From positions 58,100 through 114,462 of the forward strand of contig JBGAQA010000010.1 of the NCBI GenBank assembly GCA_044220955.1: a stretch of 56,363 nucleotides of DNA. Direction: 5' to 3'. Below, in pieces: positions 19,001 to 29,605 of this stretch. A program made the translations under genes and the position numbers. Source of the stretch: Sandaracinaceae bacterium. Its GTDB lineage: Bacteria; Myxococcota_A; Polyangia; Polyangiales; Sandaracinaceae. The notes under the pieces are model-generated. The model saw nothing but the letters and a program-made list of their open reading frames with translations. It was not told the origin of the DNA and did no database searches. The stretch's first letter is position 1. Each line of letters begins with the position of its first letter.

Positions 19001-19472
19001 CGACCAGCTCGGCGTGCACGGAGTGAATGCCCGCGGTGCGTCGCTCGGGCCGCTCCACCTCGAAGGTGACGACCTGCCCGTCGATCCGGTGCACCCGCGC
19101 CCAGCTCACGAGCTCGACGCTCGCGCGCGCCTCGACGTGCGCACGCAGCGTCTCGACGAGCAGGGCGTGCTCGCACGCGAGCCCGGCCTTGCCCGTCGGA
19201 TACGGCAGCACGATCGCTTCCGAGCCGTCTTCGGGGTGGATCGTGAATCCGCGGCCCGTCGCGTAGGGCACGGCGGGCGCGAGGTCGACGCCGAGCCCAT
19301 CGAGGATCGACACGGCGTTCGGGTGCAGCCACTCGCCCGCGAGGCGATCCGACGCACGTGGGTCCGACTCGAGCACGAGCACGCGCTTGCCCTGGTGAGC
19401 GAACGCGAGCGCGGCGACGCAGCCCACCGGGCCCGCACCACAGATCACGACGTCGTAGCGTGCCGCGCTCAT
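16011..19472 (-). CDS. osc: Squalene epoxidase-like domain fused to oxidosqualene cyclase
   Basis: N-terminal GAGPVG, AGEWLHP, VGDAIGAHHPLT. Cyclase: PSWGKLWLA..GLYEW, PPEAWLLP, catalytic VSDCTAE (DCTAE at 16848-16862), WLNPAEMFG, QW repeats QNSDGGF, QRADGSW, QRPDGGWGE, QSDDGTW. Confidence 0.95.
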   Translation of the reverse strand: MSAARYDVVICGAGPVGCVAALAFAHQGKRVLVLESDPRASDRLAGEWLHPNAVSILDGLGVDLAPAVPYATGRGFTIHPEDGSEAIVLPYPTGKAGLACEHALLVETLRAHVEARASVELVSWARVHRIDGQVVTFEVERPERRTAGIHSVHAELVVGATGRGTLDRASEVSVTSIGGGASTHVFSRAIGLLLEDVALPFEGYRHVFVGAPGPVIAHRIGPRAVRLTLDVPLSTALPRDPGAASQVLSDTYRSVLPGELGAALARTLASKEWRSTDNVIHPRCEFGREGLALVGDAIGAHHPLTALGLTLGFEDAIALAKAESVAAYRRERVARARIPEMLAIALYEVFADHAESTVAVRQAVYHLFRKHPGERLRTMGFLVGEGGRARLAGSFLGTVLYGGNQLLRRGALGPSPRETAAALADVGVRLGTLLAGTYHLTDALSAVAERRLAARAQGPSVEERYGAFLRSTRGGGAAVALIPDRRDSRGAIERALDKSVRALVAEQAEDGSFEGEVVWCPMLAAQYVLAMYAMGRPLASERRANLLRHFEDTRLAAGSWGLHELSKPYLFVTILVYVAARLLGVEKHDPLLARAYEFIRAEGGAAQVPSWGKLWLAIAGLYEWNGVSPVPPEAWLLPEWLPAHPSRYYCHTRLIYMAMATVSGSRFSAPLTPRVLELRDELFPGGYDKVDFSSARTSLRAADLLTPWSKPLAAIYAGLVRFETLRSPDKRAGLLANLRENIRYELRSTHYTCLSPVSGLLNMVALHAADPSDPDLLEALEHFDGWIWEDAEKGARVAGARSATWDTAFAGQALAAAAPHVDVKSALLRADEFLASQQIQRGTGREAQHHRIDPAGGYCFAGVWHGWPVSDCTAEALLARMDAAPLAARGGGASIEALSAGVRFILRTQNSDGGFGSYESRRVDLPLEWLNPAEMFGDSMTEKSYSECTASCIAALARFGREHPGVLSAEIARAIARGVRCLRSQQRADGSWEGAWGVHFVYGTMFGVRGLIHAGVPPHDPAIRRACAWLLARQRPDGGWGEHFSSGEVGRYVEHTESQTTQTAWALLTLADAHEPDFAAMTRAASFLAKRQSDDGTWPKQDPEGVFFHTALLDYVLYRRYFPVWALGAYEARRKTRTESAGTSPSPPQPTWH

Positions 19473-19485
19473 GGGGTCTCGCTGC

Positions 19486-20643
19486 TCAGAGGGCGGCCAT
19501 GAGCTTGGCCGTCACCGACTTCATCGCCGGCTGCTCCGACGCCTTGATCATCCAGTCGAGCGCGTCGGTGCGGATGAGCCGCCGGAAGACGCCGCCGCCG
19601 AGGAACGAGAGGCGGAAGGCCTTGTTGCAGCGCTTCTCGTACTCGCGGAACGCCTGCGGCTCGCGCATGCGTCCGCCGAGCACGTCGGCGATCGCCTCCG
19701 CGCCGAGCATCCCCGACTTCATGCCCTGGTAGATGCCCTCCGCCGTCGCCGGGTGCGTCATCAGCCCCGACTCGCCGACGACGACGGCGCCGGGGCGCGT
19801 CAGCTTCTCGATCTCGTACGACCAGAAGACGGGGTGACCCTTCCAGCCGCCGAGCTGCGTCGCGCCCTTCAGCCGCTCCGCGTAGTGGACGTCGAGGAAC
19901 CTCTGGAACAGCTCGCGGGCGTTCTTCCGGGCGGGAGCGCCCGACGTGGCCGCGCCGATCTTGCCTGCGCCCTCGGGATCCTCGTAGCAGATGCCGATGT
20001 TGACGCGCGTGTCGCTCTCCGGGAAGAGCCAGCCGTAGTACGGCTCCACCATCCGATCGAAGATCATCTCGACGTGGCCGGGCCGGAACGGGACCCCGTC
20101 CCACCAGCCCATGATCGCCTGGATGACGCGCTTGGGTCGCTGCTCTGGCAGGCCCACGCGGCAGTGAGAGCCGCCCGCGATGATCGTGAAGCGTGCATGG
20201 ATCTGCCGGCCATCGCGGGCGCGAATGCCGGCGATCCGGCCCTGGTCCGTGATCACGTCGCTCGCGTCGAAGTTCGGCACGAACTCGGTGCCACGCGCGA
20301 TCGCCTTCTTGAGCAGGATGTGATCGAGGATGCGGCGCTGGCAGACGACCGCGTCGGCGACGTCACCGGCGGACTGCCAGCTGTCGAGGCCGCCGGGCGT
20401 GACGATGCGGATGCCGGTGATGCGGTACGAGTGCGGCTCGACCTCGCTCCACACGCCGAGCTTCTTGAGCGTGTCGATGCCGCGGGGCGAGATGCCGCTG
20501 CCGCACGTCTTGTCGCGGGGGAAGTCGTGACGGTCGACGAGGACGATCCTGCCCACTCCGAGCGATCCGAGGTGGGCGGCCGCGGCCGTCCCCGCGGGGC
20601 CCGCGCCGAGGATCACGACGTCGGCCTGGGTCGTGGAGGTCAT
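19486..20643 (-). CDS. Geranylgeranyl-reductase-family FAD-dependent oxidoreductase
   Basis: GAGPAG, FPRDKTCGSGI, YGWLFP...VNIG, VVGESGLMTHPATAEGIYQGMKSG. Confidence 0.85.
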   Translation of the reverse strand: MTSTTQADVVILGAGPAGTAAAAHLGSLGVGRIVLVDRHDFPRDKTCGSGISPRGIDTLKKLGVWSEVEPHSYRITGIRIVTPGGLDSWQSAGDVADAVVCQRRILDHILLKKAIARGTEFVPNFDASDVITDQGRIAGIRARDGRQIHARFTIIAGGSHCRVGLPEQRPKRVIQAIMGWWDGVPFRPGHVEMIFDRMVEPYYGWLFPESDTRVNIGICYEDPEGAGKIGAATSGAPARKNARELFQRFLDVHYAERLKGATQLGGWKGHPVFWSYEIEKLTRPGAVVVGESGLMTHPATAEGIYQGMKSGMLGAEAIADVLGGRMREPQAFREYEKRCNKAFRLSFLGGGVFRRLIRTDALDWMIKASEQPAMKSVTAKLMAAL

Positions 20644-20686
20644 TCTGCGCCCCCGTCTGTGCCGGCTGCGGCGATGCGTGACGCGC

Positions 20687-23379
<2,693 letters not shown>

Positions 23380-23383
<4 letters not shown>

Positions 23384-24477
23384 GCTCGTCCCCGCAGATC
23401 GATGACGCGCACGTCGCGCAGCCCCGCGATCGTCGTCACGCCGGTGCAGAAGCAGATCACCCGGAGCTCGTAGAGGATCGCGTCGAGCGCGCGCGCCACC
23501 GCCTCTTCGCTCTCGTGCGCGGGCCCGAGCAGGGGCGCCGCGAGCGCCACCGCGTCGGCCCCCAGCGCGAGCGCGACGGCCACGTCCATGCCGGTGCGGA
23601 TCCCGCCGGACGCGATCACCGCGCGCTCGCGGAACACCGCACGCACGGTCCGGAGCGAGTCGGCGGTCGGCACACCGAACCCCGCGAGCCTGCGCCCGAC
23701 CTCGGCGTGGACGCTCTCGTCGGCGGCGCGGTGGGCCTCCACGTGCGCCCACGACGTGCCGCCGACGCCGGCGACCTCGACGCCGGCGAGCCCGATCCCG
23801 GCGAGCTTCTTGGCCGTGCGCTCCGAGATCCCGGAGCCGACCTCCTTCGCGAGGACGGGGAAGGGCAGCGCGCGGACCACGTCGCGCATGCGCTCGACGA
23901 GCCCCGAGAAGCGTGTGTCGCCCTCGGGCTGGATCGCCTCCTGCAGCGGATTGAGGTGGAAGAAGAGCGCGTCGGCCGAGACCGCGCGGATCATCGCCTC
24001 GAGGTCCGCGCGGGTGACGCCGTAGTTGAGCTGCACGGCGCCGACGTTGCCGACGAGCAGCGGGAGCGAGGGCGCCACGCGTCGCACCGCGAACGTCGGC
24101 GCCAGCTCCGGCCGCAGCAGCATCGCGCGCTGGGAGCCGAGCGCCATGCCGATGCCCGCCCTCCCGGCGGCGCGCGCGAGGCGGGCGTTGACACCCTCGG
24201 ACCGCTCCGAGCCACCGGTCATGGCGCCCACGATCAGCGGCGCCGCGAGCCGCTTTCCGAGCAGCGTCGTCGCGAGATCGACGTCGGCGAGGTCGACCTC
24301 GGGCAGCGCGTCGTACTCGAGCGTGTACCGCCCGAGACCCAGGGCGGGGCCGCGCGAGCCCACGTCCCGAGAGAGCACGACGTCGAGGTGGTGGTCCTTG
24401 CGAGACGACACGATCGCGCCCTCGCGCTCTCGCGCGCGCGTGCCGCTCGTTCCCAGGACTCCCACCTCGTCCGTCAT
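23380..24477 (-). CDS. fni: Type 2 (FMN-dependent) isopentenyl-diphosphate delta-isomerase, ~365 aa
   Basis: RKDHH, GAMTGG, GSQR, HLNPLQE..QPEGD, KEVGSG, GGTSW, ASGGIR; GGGAG RBS before ATG 24477. Confidence 0.93.
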
Positions 24478-24838
24478 CACCACTCCCGAAAAGGGGCGGC
24501 ACGCTACCCAAAACGTCTCGACGTGTCGAATCGATGTCCAGAGTCCGCGCAGGACCCCATGATTTCGGCCGAAACCACGGGGTGCAATGTTGCACGGACG
24601 CGCCGTCCGACTCGGCACCTCGTCACCAGGTCCACAACAATTGAGCGCGGACAACCGTTGTCTCGACAACGAGGTTGGGACCTGCTTTGTCGCGCAAACG
24701 TTGCCTCGACAAGAGATCGCGCCGCGCCGCGCGCGGGACCGGCGACCGGCTCGGGCCGGGGCGCCGGGAGAGCGGGCGCACGCCGCGCGCCGTGGATCCT
24801 GGCCGCTCGGCCGAATGATCCCATACTGCCACCGCCGT
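24478..24838. promoter_or_regulatory. Divergent promoter region of the sterol operon and the GMC gene, with several palindromes
   Basis: AT-richer than the flanks; TCGAC-GT-GTCGA (24518-24529), GTGCAA-TG-TTGCAC (24582-24595), GACAAC-C-GTTGTC (24650-24662). Confidence 0.5.
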
Positions 24839-26818
24839 ATGAGCGAGCTGTCCCCGGCCTCCGTCGCCCGAGCACGCAGCCCCCGACCGGAGCGTCCGTC
24901 CGTCCCGGGCGGCGCCCACGGCGCGGCGGCGGGTCCCCGCCCCTACGGCCCGAGCGAGTGGGCCGCGGCGCTCGCGCTCGTCGAGGCCTTCATCCCCGGC
25001 GGCGAGAACATCCGTCGCGGCGACGAGGACACGCTGCTGCGCACGATCGAGCTGATGGAGCACACGTTCCCACAGCTCTCGAAGGTCTGGGGCAAGAGCG
25101 CCCTGCTCTTCGACCACCTCGCGCTCCTCGGGACCGGCAGGCGCTTCCGGGACCTCGACCACGCCGGCCAGGAGGCGATGCTGCGCCGCTGGGAGAGCAG
25201 CCCGAGGCTGAGGGGCCCCCTCACGGCCTTCATGATGGGCGTCAAGATGACGCACTTCGACCGGCGGGAGGTCTACGAGGGCCTCGGCGGCAAGCTCAAC
25301 GTCGTCCCGACCCTCGAGCCGGCGCGCTGGCTCTCTCAGGTCGTCGACGCAGGCACGTACGAGGGTGAGCGAGACGTCGAGTGCGACGTCGTCGTCGTCG
25401 GGACCGGCGCGGGCGGCGCGGTGGTGGGGCGCGAGCTCGCCGACAAAGGGCACGCAGTCGTCTTCGTCGAAGAAGGCCGCCTCGTGCGTCGTGACGAGTT
25501 CACCGGTTCGTCCATGAAGGCACACACCGAGTTCTATCGAGGTGGTTTGTCGGCCGGCAACAACCTGTTTCCCATCTTCATGGGACGCCTCGTGGGCGGC
25601 TCGACCGCGGTGAACGGCGGGACCTCGTTCCGCACGCCACGCTGGGTGCTCGACCGCTGGTGCGAGGAGATGCGAACGGACGAGTTCACGCCCGCGCGGA
25701 TGGAGCCCTACTTCCGCCGCGTCGAGTCGATCCTGCAGGTCGAGCCCGCCAAGCGTCAGTTCGTCGGCAAGATCGCCGACGTGTTCGAGCGAGGGTGCGA
25801 TGCGCTCGGCTGGTCGCACTTCGCGATCCCCCGCAACGCCCCTGGCTGCGAGGGCAGCGGCTTCTGCGACTTCGGCTGCCGCACGGACGCGCGACGCAGC
25901 ACCAACCTCAGCTACGTCCCGCCCGCCCTGGAGAAGGGCGCGCTGCTCTTCACGAAGCTCCGCGCGGAGCGGGTCCTGATCGAGGGCGGACGCGCCGTGG
26001 GCGTCGAGGGCGTCGACCCGAACGGCAAGACGCTCCGCGTCCGCGGGCGTGCCGTGATCATGGCGGGCGGCGCGCTCCCGACGCCCTTCTTCCTCATGCG
26101 GCAAGGGCTCTGCGGCTCGAGCGGCGAGCTGGGCAAGAACCTCACGCTGCATCCCTCCGGTGGGATCTCGGCGGTCTTCGACGAGGAGATCCGTGGATGG
26201 GAGTCCATCCCACAGGGATATGGTTGTGACGAGTTCGTCAAAGAGGGGATGCTGCTCACCGCGGCGCAGCCGGACCTCAACTATGCAGCGTTGATGTTCC
26301 CCTTCGCCGGAGATCGACTGATGGAGGCGATCGACGGACTGCGTCACATCGCCAGCTTCGCGCTCCTCATCGCCGATCACGGCAAGGGTCGAGTGCTCGT
26401 CGATCACGACGGTGCCGCGATGGTCCATTATCAGGTCACACCACAGGACGTCGGTCGCTATCATCGCGGCCTGATCAAGATGGGTGAGATCTGCTGGGCG
26501 GCCGGGGCCAAGCGCCTCATGCCGGCCATCTTCGGCTGGCCGAGCATCGCCTCGCACGCGGAGTTCCGACGCTTCGAGCGGGCGCGCCTCGCGCCCGGCG
26601 ATCTGCTGCTGACGAGCTACCACCCGCTCGGCACGTGCAAGATGGGGCCGGATCCCGCCCGGAGCGTCGTCGACATGAACCACCAGACGCACGATCTGCC
26701 CGGTCTCTTCGTCGTGGACGCGAGCACCGTCTCCGGCCCGCTCGGCGTGAACCCGCAGCTGACGATCATGGCCGTCGCGACGCGCGCCGCCGAGAAGATC
26801 CACTCCCTCTTGAGCTGA
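24839..26818 (+). CDS. GMC family FAD oxidoreductase with N-terminal extension
   Basis: VVVGTGAGG, GRLVGGSTAVNGG, CEGSGFCDFGC, GKNLTLHP, HPLGTCKMG, GLFVVDAS...GVNPQLTIMA. Start codon uncertain. Confidence 0.88.
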   Translation: MSELSPASVARARSPRPERPSVPGGAHGAAAGPRPYGPSEWAAALALVEAFIPGGENIRRGDEDTLLRTIELMEHTFPQLSKVWGKSALLFDHLALLGTGRRFRDLDHAGQEAMLRRWESSPRLRGPLTAFMMGVKMTHFDRREVYEGLGGKLNVVPTLEPARWLSQVVDAGTYEGERDVECDVVVVGTGAGGAVVGRELADKGHAVVFVEEGRLVRRDEFTGSSMKAHTEFYRGGLSAGNNLFPIFMGRLVGGSTAVNGGTSFRTPRWVLDRWCEEMRTDEFTPARMEPYFRRVESILQVEPAKRQFVGKIADVFERGCDALGWSHFAIPRNAPGCEGSGFCDFGCRTDARRSTNLSYVPPALEKGALLFTKLRAERVLIEGGRAVGVEGVDPNGKTLRVRGRAVIMAGGALPTPFFLMRQGLCGSSGELGKNLTLHPSGGISAVFDEEIRGWESIPQGYGCDEFVKEGMLLTAAQPDLNYAALMFPFAGDRLMEAIDGLRHIASFALLIADHGKGRVLVDHDGAAMVHYQVTPQDVGRYHRGLIKMGEICWAAGAKRLMPAIFGWPSIASHAEFRRFERARLAPGDLLLTSYHPLGTCKMGPDPARSVVDMNHQTHDLPGLFVVDASTVSGPLGVNPQLTIMAVATRAAEKIHSLLS

Positions 26819-26831
26819 CGGCCCCTTCTGC

Positions 26832-28004
26832 TCAGGACGTCGACCGAGCGTCGATCGCGCCGCGGACGTCCGCGCCGGGCGGGATGCGACCCTCCGCCCG
26901 CTCGGGGCGGCCGCCGCCCTTGCCGCCCGCCGCAGCCGTGATGGCCTTCACGATCGCGCCGGCGTTCTCGGTGCTCGCGGGGCCTCGCGCGACGACGAGG
27001 TGCGTTCCCTCGTCGGTCTTCATCGCCACGATCGCCAGGCGCCCGCCCTCCTTGGTGAGCTCGGAGGCGACCCTCTGCGCGAGCTCGACGCCGCCCTCCT
27101 CGAGGACGAGGACGACCGGAGAGCCGCCAGCGCGGATCGCGTCGTCGGCGATGCGCCTCGCGAGCGCGCTCCGCAGACGGCCCGACTCGCCCTGGGAGGC
27201 GGCGAGCTCGGCGCGCAGGCGCTCGACGCCTGTGGTGACGCCCTCGACCGGACAGACCAGCGCACGCGCCAGGGCACGCAGGGCGTCGTCCTCGCCGAAG
27301 AGGGCCGCCCTGGCGCGCGCTCCTGCGTGGAACGAGATGCGCGTCCCGCCCTTGTACTTCTCGCTGCCGACGACGCGCACCAGGCCGATCTGGGCGGTGT
27401 GCGCCACGTGCGTGCCGCCGCAGGGCGAGACGTCGAAGCCGGCGACCTCGACGACCCGGACGTTCTCGGTCTGCTTGGGCGCGCGCCGCATCGGCAGGGA
27501 GGCGAGCTCCGCGTCCGTCGGAAACCACGCCCGCACGGCGACGTCCCGGTCGACGACGTCGTTCGCGAGGGCCTCGCACTCTGCCACCCGCGCGTCGGCG
27601 AGGGTCTCCTTGACGTCGATCGTCGCGACGGTCTCGCCCAGGCGCGAGCTCACCGTGTCGGCCCGCGCCACCTCGACCAGCGCTCGGGAGAGCACGTGCT
27701 GTCCCGTGTGCAGCGCGGCGAAGAGGCGCCGCCGCTTCTCGTCGACGCTGCCGCGGACGGCTGCGCCCACCTCCGGAGAGCCGCCCTCGAGCACGTGGTG
27801 CAGCACGCCCCGCTCGTCGAGCTGGACGTCGACGACGCGCGCACCTCCGAGCGCTCCGTGGTCGGCCATCTGGCCGCCGGACTCGGGGTAGAAGGCGCTG
27901 CGGTCGAGCACGACCGTCGGCCGATCGCCGAGCCTTCCGTGCCCGACGACGTGCGCGTCGAAGGCGAGCAGGAACGCGTCGGCGTAGTGCAGGCGCTCGG
28001 TCAT
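26832..28004 (-). CDS. alaX: Alanyl-tRNA editing protein (AlaX) with C-terminal DHHA1 domain
   Basis: FYPESGGQMAD.G, HTGQH, PCGGTH, GGKGGGRPERAEG; ATGA overlap with the upstream gene. Confidence 0.88.
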   Translation of the reverse strand: MTERLHYADAFLLAFDAHVVGHGRLGDRPTVVLDRSAFYPESGGQMADHGALGGARVVDVQLDERGVLHHVLEGGSPEVGAAVRGSVDEKRRRLFAALHTGQHVLSRALVEVARADTVSSRLGETVATIDVKETLADARVAECEALANDVVDRDVAVRAWFPTDAELASLPMRRAPKQTENVRVVEVAGFDVSPCGGTHVAHTAQIGLVRVVGSEKYKGGTRISFHAGARARAALFGEDDALRALARALVCPVEGVTTGVERLRAELAASQGESGRLRSALARRIADDAIRAGGSPVVLVLEEGGVELAQRVASELTKEGGRLAIVAMKTDEGTHLVVARGPASTENAGAIVKAITAAAGGKGGGRPERAEGRIPPGADVRGAIDARSTS

Positions 28005-28417
28005 CCGTCGACGCCCTGGGGCACGGGCGGGCTCGGCCCGGTCTCGATGACCACCATGTTCTGCAGCGCCACGATCACGATCGCGAGCATCAGCACGATC
28101 AGGATCAGCAGCAGCCACGTCGCGCTCCGCCCGCCCGCATCACGCGAGAAGCGATCGCGGTAGAAGCGGCCCTTGCTGCGCTTGTTCAGGCGCTCCTGCA
28201 CGCCGCGGAGCAGCGCGGGCTCCTTCTCGTCGGTCTCGGCGTCGGTCGTGCTCGCGATCGCGGCGGTGCCACGGAAGAGCGCGCGGAACGCCTCGTACTC
28301 CTCCTTGAGCTCGGCGTTCTCGGCCAGCGCGGCGTCGAGCTCCTTCTTGTCCGCCTCGGCGAGCTCGCCCTCGAGCGCGGCGCTGAAGAGATCGCGGATC
28401 TCGTCGGCGGACCTCAT
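28001..28417 (-). CDS. Putative anti-sigma factor, single TM
   Basis: Degenerate zf-HC2-like N-terminus (DLFSAALEGEL...), C-terminal TM helix, ATGA-coupled to the ECF sigma gene. Confidence 0.65.
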   Translation of the reverse strand: MRSADEIRDLFSAALEGELAEADKKELDAALAENAELKEEYEAFRALFRGTAAIASTTDAETDEKEPALLRGVQERLNKRSKGRFYRDRFSRDAGGRSATWLLLILIVLMLAIVIVALQNMVVIETGPSPPVPQGVDG

Positions 28418-29040
28418 GACTTCCCGCCCTTCGTACCATCGCCGCCGCCGCGTGGCTCGCTCGCCCGCTGGACGGCCTTGGCGAGCTGCAGGCGCGCCCG
28501 GTGCAGGCGGCTCTTGACCGTGCCCTCCGGCAGGCCCGTGATCTGCTGGATCTCCTCGTAGCTCATGTTCTCGACGTCACGCAGCACGACGAGCTCGCGC
28601 TGGTCCTCGTCGAGCTCGGCGATGGCCGCGCGCACGATCGCCTCGATCTGGTTGGCCTCGGCCTGCTGATCGGGCCGCGCGACCATGGCGGAGCTCGACA
28701 TGCTCGCGCTCTCGAGCGCCCCGTGCTCGGCCAGCTCGTCGAGCTCGCCCTTCTTCCCGCGCGCGCGACGGTCGAGGTACTTGATCCGGTTCTTGCAGTG
28801 GTTGGTCGCGACGCGGAACATCCACGTGCTCAGCTTGCTCTCGCCGCGGAAGCTGTCGATCGACTTGAAGACGGTGATGAAGACGTCCTGCGCGACGTCC
28901 TCGGCCTCCGCGCGATCACCGAGCATCCGGAGCACGAGGCGGAACACGCGCTTCTCGTACGCCCGCACCAGCTCGTTGAACGCGGCTTCGTCGCGCCGCT
29001 TCAGGCGCTCGACGAGCTGTTCTTCGTAGCCTTCGGGCAT
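28414..29040 (-). CDS. ECF RNA polymerase sigma factor (RpoE-like)
   Basis: AEDVAQDVF, FRGESKLSTWMFRVATNHC, SYEEI...GLPEGTVKSRLHRAR. Start uncertain. Confidence 0.9.
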   Translation of the reverse strand: MPEGYEEQLVERLKRRDEAAFNELVRAYEKRVFRLVLRMLGDRAEAEDVAQDVFITVFKSIDSFRGESKLSTWMFRVATNHCKNRIKYLDRRARGKKGELDELAEHGALESASMSSSAMVARPDQQAEANQIEAIVRAAIAELDEDQRELVVLRDVENMSYEEIQQITGLPEGTVKSRLHRARLQLAKAVQRASEPRGGGDGTKGGKS

Positions 29041-29221
29041 GGGAACGTGAAAGCCCGCGGCCGCCGCAGCAGCGTGCTCGAGCTCCGAGAGCGATCGTGC
29101 ACGCTCCACGGCAAGCCCTCCTCGTACCTCGATGACAACGAGGGGGGCCCGCGGTTCCACGCAATGTACGGGCGCGCCGCCCTTTCCGACAAGCACGGAA
29201 CGGAGCAGAGTGCGTCGGTCC

Positions 29222-29581
29222 ATGCGAGCGCTGCTCCTCGTCGACCACGGCAGCCGCGCGAGCGAGGCAAACGAGAGCCTCGTCGCGATCGCGGAGCTCG
29301 TGCGCGCGCGGGTGGGCCCGGGCGTGATCGTGGGCTACGCGCACATGGAGCTGGCGACGCCGACCGTGCACGACGCCATCGCCATCCTCGTGGCCGAGGG
29401 CGCCGCACAGATCACGGTCGTGCCCTACTTCCTGGCGCCGGGAAGGCACTCGCGAGAGGACATCCCCAAGCTCGTGTCGGACGCGACGGCGGCACACCCG
29501 GGCGTGCTCTTCGTCGTGGCCGAGCCGCTCGGCCCGCACCCGCTCCTCGCGGAGCTGGTGCTCCTGCGGGGCGGCGCCTGA
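29222..29581 (+). CDS. cbiX: Small CbiX/SirB-family sirohydrochlorin chelatase
   Basis: LLVDHGSR, AHMELATP, VVPYFLAPGRHSREDIP, PLGPHP. Confidence 0.85.
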   Translation: MRALLLVDHGSRASEANESLVAIAELVRARVGPGVIVGYAHMELATPTVHDAIAILVAEGAAQITVVPYFLAPGRHSREDIPKLVSDATAAHPGVLFVVAEPLGPHPLLAELVLLRGGA

Positions 29582-29605
29582 CCCCCCCGATCTCGCGATG
29601 GCTCT

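Noticed and set aside
16011..19472. Squalene-hopene cyclase / hopanoid cluster interpretation (the SDR and MMPL resemble HpnA and HpnN)
   Set aside because: The catalytic motif is DCTAE, not DxDD, and epoxidase, ERG2 and ERG24 homologues indicate an oxidosqualene route.
23384..24595. Apparent 1302-aa ORF suggesting an even larger fusion upstream of HMGR
   Set aside because: The extension overlaps fni in another frame and is low-complexity; the ATGA overlap at 23380-23383 marks the real start.
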